Under the pieces are notes generated by a model that searched no databases, was not told the origin of the DNA, and was given only the letters and a program-made list of their open reading frames with translations. Source: an uncultured Verrucomicrobiae bacterium (GTDB lineage Bacteria > Verrucomicrobiota > Verrucomicrobiia > Chthoniobacterales > UBA10450). From it: DNA of 64,000 bases. Shown piece after piece: positions 62,421 through 64,000 of this stretch. Numbering within the stretch: the stretch's first letter is position 1; every line of letters starts with the position of its first letter. Position numbers and translations under genes: made by a program. Where the stretch lies: assembly GCA_963801815.1 (NCBI GenBank), contig CAWDGJ010000002.1, forward strand, positions 842,989 through 906,988. Direction: 5' to 3'.

Positions 62421-62563
62421 AGAATAGCCCAGCGCTTCAGCGCTGGGTCAAACGGTTTTGTCCGTCAAAGTCCTTTAAGGACGAAAGAAACTGCCTGCCG
62501 TCCCTGACGGGACTTCTAATGGAGCAAATGGCTCATCCCAGCCTTGAAAGGCTGGGCTGTTTC
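62421..62563. repeat. Composite REP/REPIN-like palindromic element
   Basis: AGCCCAGCGCTTCAGCGCTGGG..AGTCCTTTAAGGACG..CGTCCCTGACGGGACT..CCCAGCCTTGAAAGGCTGGGCT nested inverted repeats. Confidence 0.7.
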
Positions 62564-62594
62564 CAACCTGCGATTCTTCATTAAGAGTGGATCA

Positions 62595-64000
62595 ATGACG
62601 AAATCGCAAATCGCCGACATTTTGCAAGAGATTGCCACCCTGCTCGAGCTTAAGGACGAGAATCCATTCAAGATTCGCGCTTACGCCAATGCGGCACGGT
62701 CACTCGAGACTTTTGGCGGCAACCTCGATGATCTTCAGGACGAAGAGGCATTGGCAAAAATTCCCGGCGTCGGCAAGGCGATCGCGGCCAAAATCAAGGA
62801 ACTCGCCGCGACCGGAAAGCTGAAATATGTCGAGGAGCTGCGCGCTGAATTTCCGGCCGCGATTCTGGAATTATTTTCCATCTCCGGCCTCGGCGCGAAG
62901 AAGATCAAGGCGCTCTACGAAAACTTAAAAATCAGCTCGATCGAACAACTGCGCGAGGCCTGCGAGTCCGGACGGGTCGCAGAGCTGCCGGGGTTTGGCG
63001 AAACGACGCAGACGAAGATTTGTGCTGCGATCGAGCAACGCGCGAAGCATTCCGGTTATTTCCAATTTGGCCAGGTTGCGGCCGACACCGAGGTGCTGCA
63101 GCGCGAACTGGCGGCGCATCCCGATGTGCTGCAGGTCGATGTGGCCGGAAGTTATCGGCGGCGGCGGGAAATCGTGCGCGATGTAGATCTTGTCGTCGCG
63201 ACCAAGAAGCCTGCCGCGATCACGCAGTGGTTCAGCAAACACCCGCTGGTCGAGTCGATCATTGCCCAGGGGCCGACCAAGACGAGTGTGCGGTTGCGCT
63301 CAGGGATTCAATGCGATTTGCGAGTCGTTAGCTCAGCTGAATATCCATTTGCGCTTAATTATTTTACCGGCAGCAAGGAACACAACATCGAGATGCGCAG
63401 TCGCGCACTCGCGCGAAGCTGGACCTTGAATGAATACCGGCTGGCGCAGTTGCAGCCTGATCCGAAAACGAAAGTCCAAGGCGGACGGGCAGTTAAACGA
63501 CCGACGATCAAGATCCCAACGGTTCGAGAGGAAGCCGATTTGTATCGCGCGCTCGGGCTCGATTTCATTCCGCCTGAATTACGCGAGAACTGCGGTGAAT
63601 TCGAGGCCGCGGAGAAGCATTTGCTGCCGAAGTTACTCGAAAAAGAGAATCTGTGCGGGACGTTCCACTGCCACACCATTGCGAGCGACGGTCACAACAC
63701 GTTGGAGGAAATGGCGGCGGCCGCACAAGAGCTTGGGCTGGAATACCTGGGGATGGCCGACCACAGCAAGAGCTCGATTCAGGCACATGGGATCGATGAG
63801 GCGAAACTAAAATCGCAAGTCGCAACGATTAGAAAGTTGAACAAGAAGTTCAGCGGGTTCCATTTATTCGCCGGTATCGAATGCGACATCCTGCGCGACG
63901 GGAAACTCGATTTTGACGACGAGATTCTGTCCGAATTGGATTTCGTAGTGGCGTCGGTCCATTCGGTTTTCAATCTGTCCGAAGCCGAGATGACCAGGCG
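62595..64000 (+). CDS. polX: DNA polymerase X / PHP exonuclease (partial)
   Basis: Manual translation MTKSQIADILQEIATLLELKDENPFKIRAY..., GSYRRRREIVRDVD, QCDLRV, YFTGSKEHN, FHCHTIASDG. Confidence 0.95.
   Translation, partial: MTKSQIADILQEIATLLELKDENPFKIRAYANAARSLETFGGNLDDLQDEEALAKIPGVGKAIAAKIKELAATGKLKYVEELRAEFPAAILELFSISGLGAKKIKALYENLKISSIEQLREACESGRVAELPGFGETTQTKICAAIEQRAKHSGYFQFGQVAADTEVLQRELAAHPDVLQVDVAGSYRRRREIVRDVDLVVATKKPAAITQWFSKHPLVESIIAQGPTKTSVRLRSGIQCDLRVVSSAEYPFALNYFTGSKEHNIEMRSRALARSWTLNEYRLAQLQPDPKTKVQGGRAVKRPTIKIPTVREEADLYRALGLDFIPPELRENCGEFEAAEKHLLPKLLEKENLCGTFHCHTIASDGHNTLEEMAAAAQELGLEYLGMADHSKSSIQAHGIDEAKLKSQVATIRKLNKKFSGFHLFAGIECDILRDGKLDFDDEILSELDFVVASVHSVFNLSEAEMTR

Noticed and set aside
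62595..64000. Possible catalytically altered PolX
   Set aside because: The DxD, third Asp and PHP HxH motifs appear intact; ordinary gene

Overview
Bacterial DNA of about 55-60% GC (estimated by eye). Gene content and intergenic repeats suggest a soil Verrucomicrobium (Chthoniobacterales/Spartobacteria-like); this is an inference. Positions 1 to ~54.5 kb form a mostly minus-strand accessory island. It holds four Cys-type arylsulfatases, a signal-peptide-bearing formylglycine-generating enzyme (FGE), exported HAD and 2H phosphoesterases, and outer-membrane and small exported proteins. It also encodes cardiolipin synthase, NhaA, SthA, SulP, PPK2, an AI-2E transporter, a frameshifted RND pump and an L,D-transpeptidase. 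Its signalling set comprises three PAS histidine kinases, five single-domain receivers and one FixJ-type regulator. From ~54.6 kb the genes are more housekeeping: ABC importer, aspartyl protease, priA, lytic transglycosylase, HMG-CoA lyase and partial polX. Main hidden structure: (1) a 16-bp palindrome TnnGAC-N4-G(T/G/C)CnnA in 17 copies, usually 23-24 nt upstream of a -10-like hexamer; one copy is written into the last codons of the FixJ-type gene, suggesting an island-wide regulon; (2) a GxxExxY putative nuclease gene flanked by purine/pyrimidine-skewed hairpins, with three more copies between neighbouring genes, bounded by a 36-bp duplication of the FGE 3' end (candidate REP/MITE-like system); (3) several gene scars and duplicated gene tails. 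No rRNA, tRNA or CRISPR array was seen.
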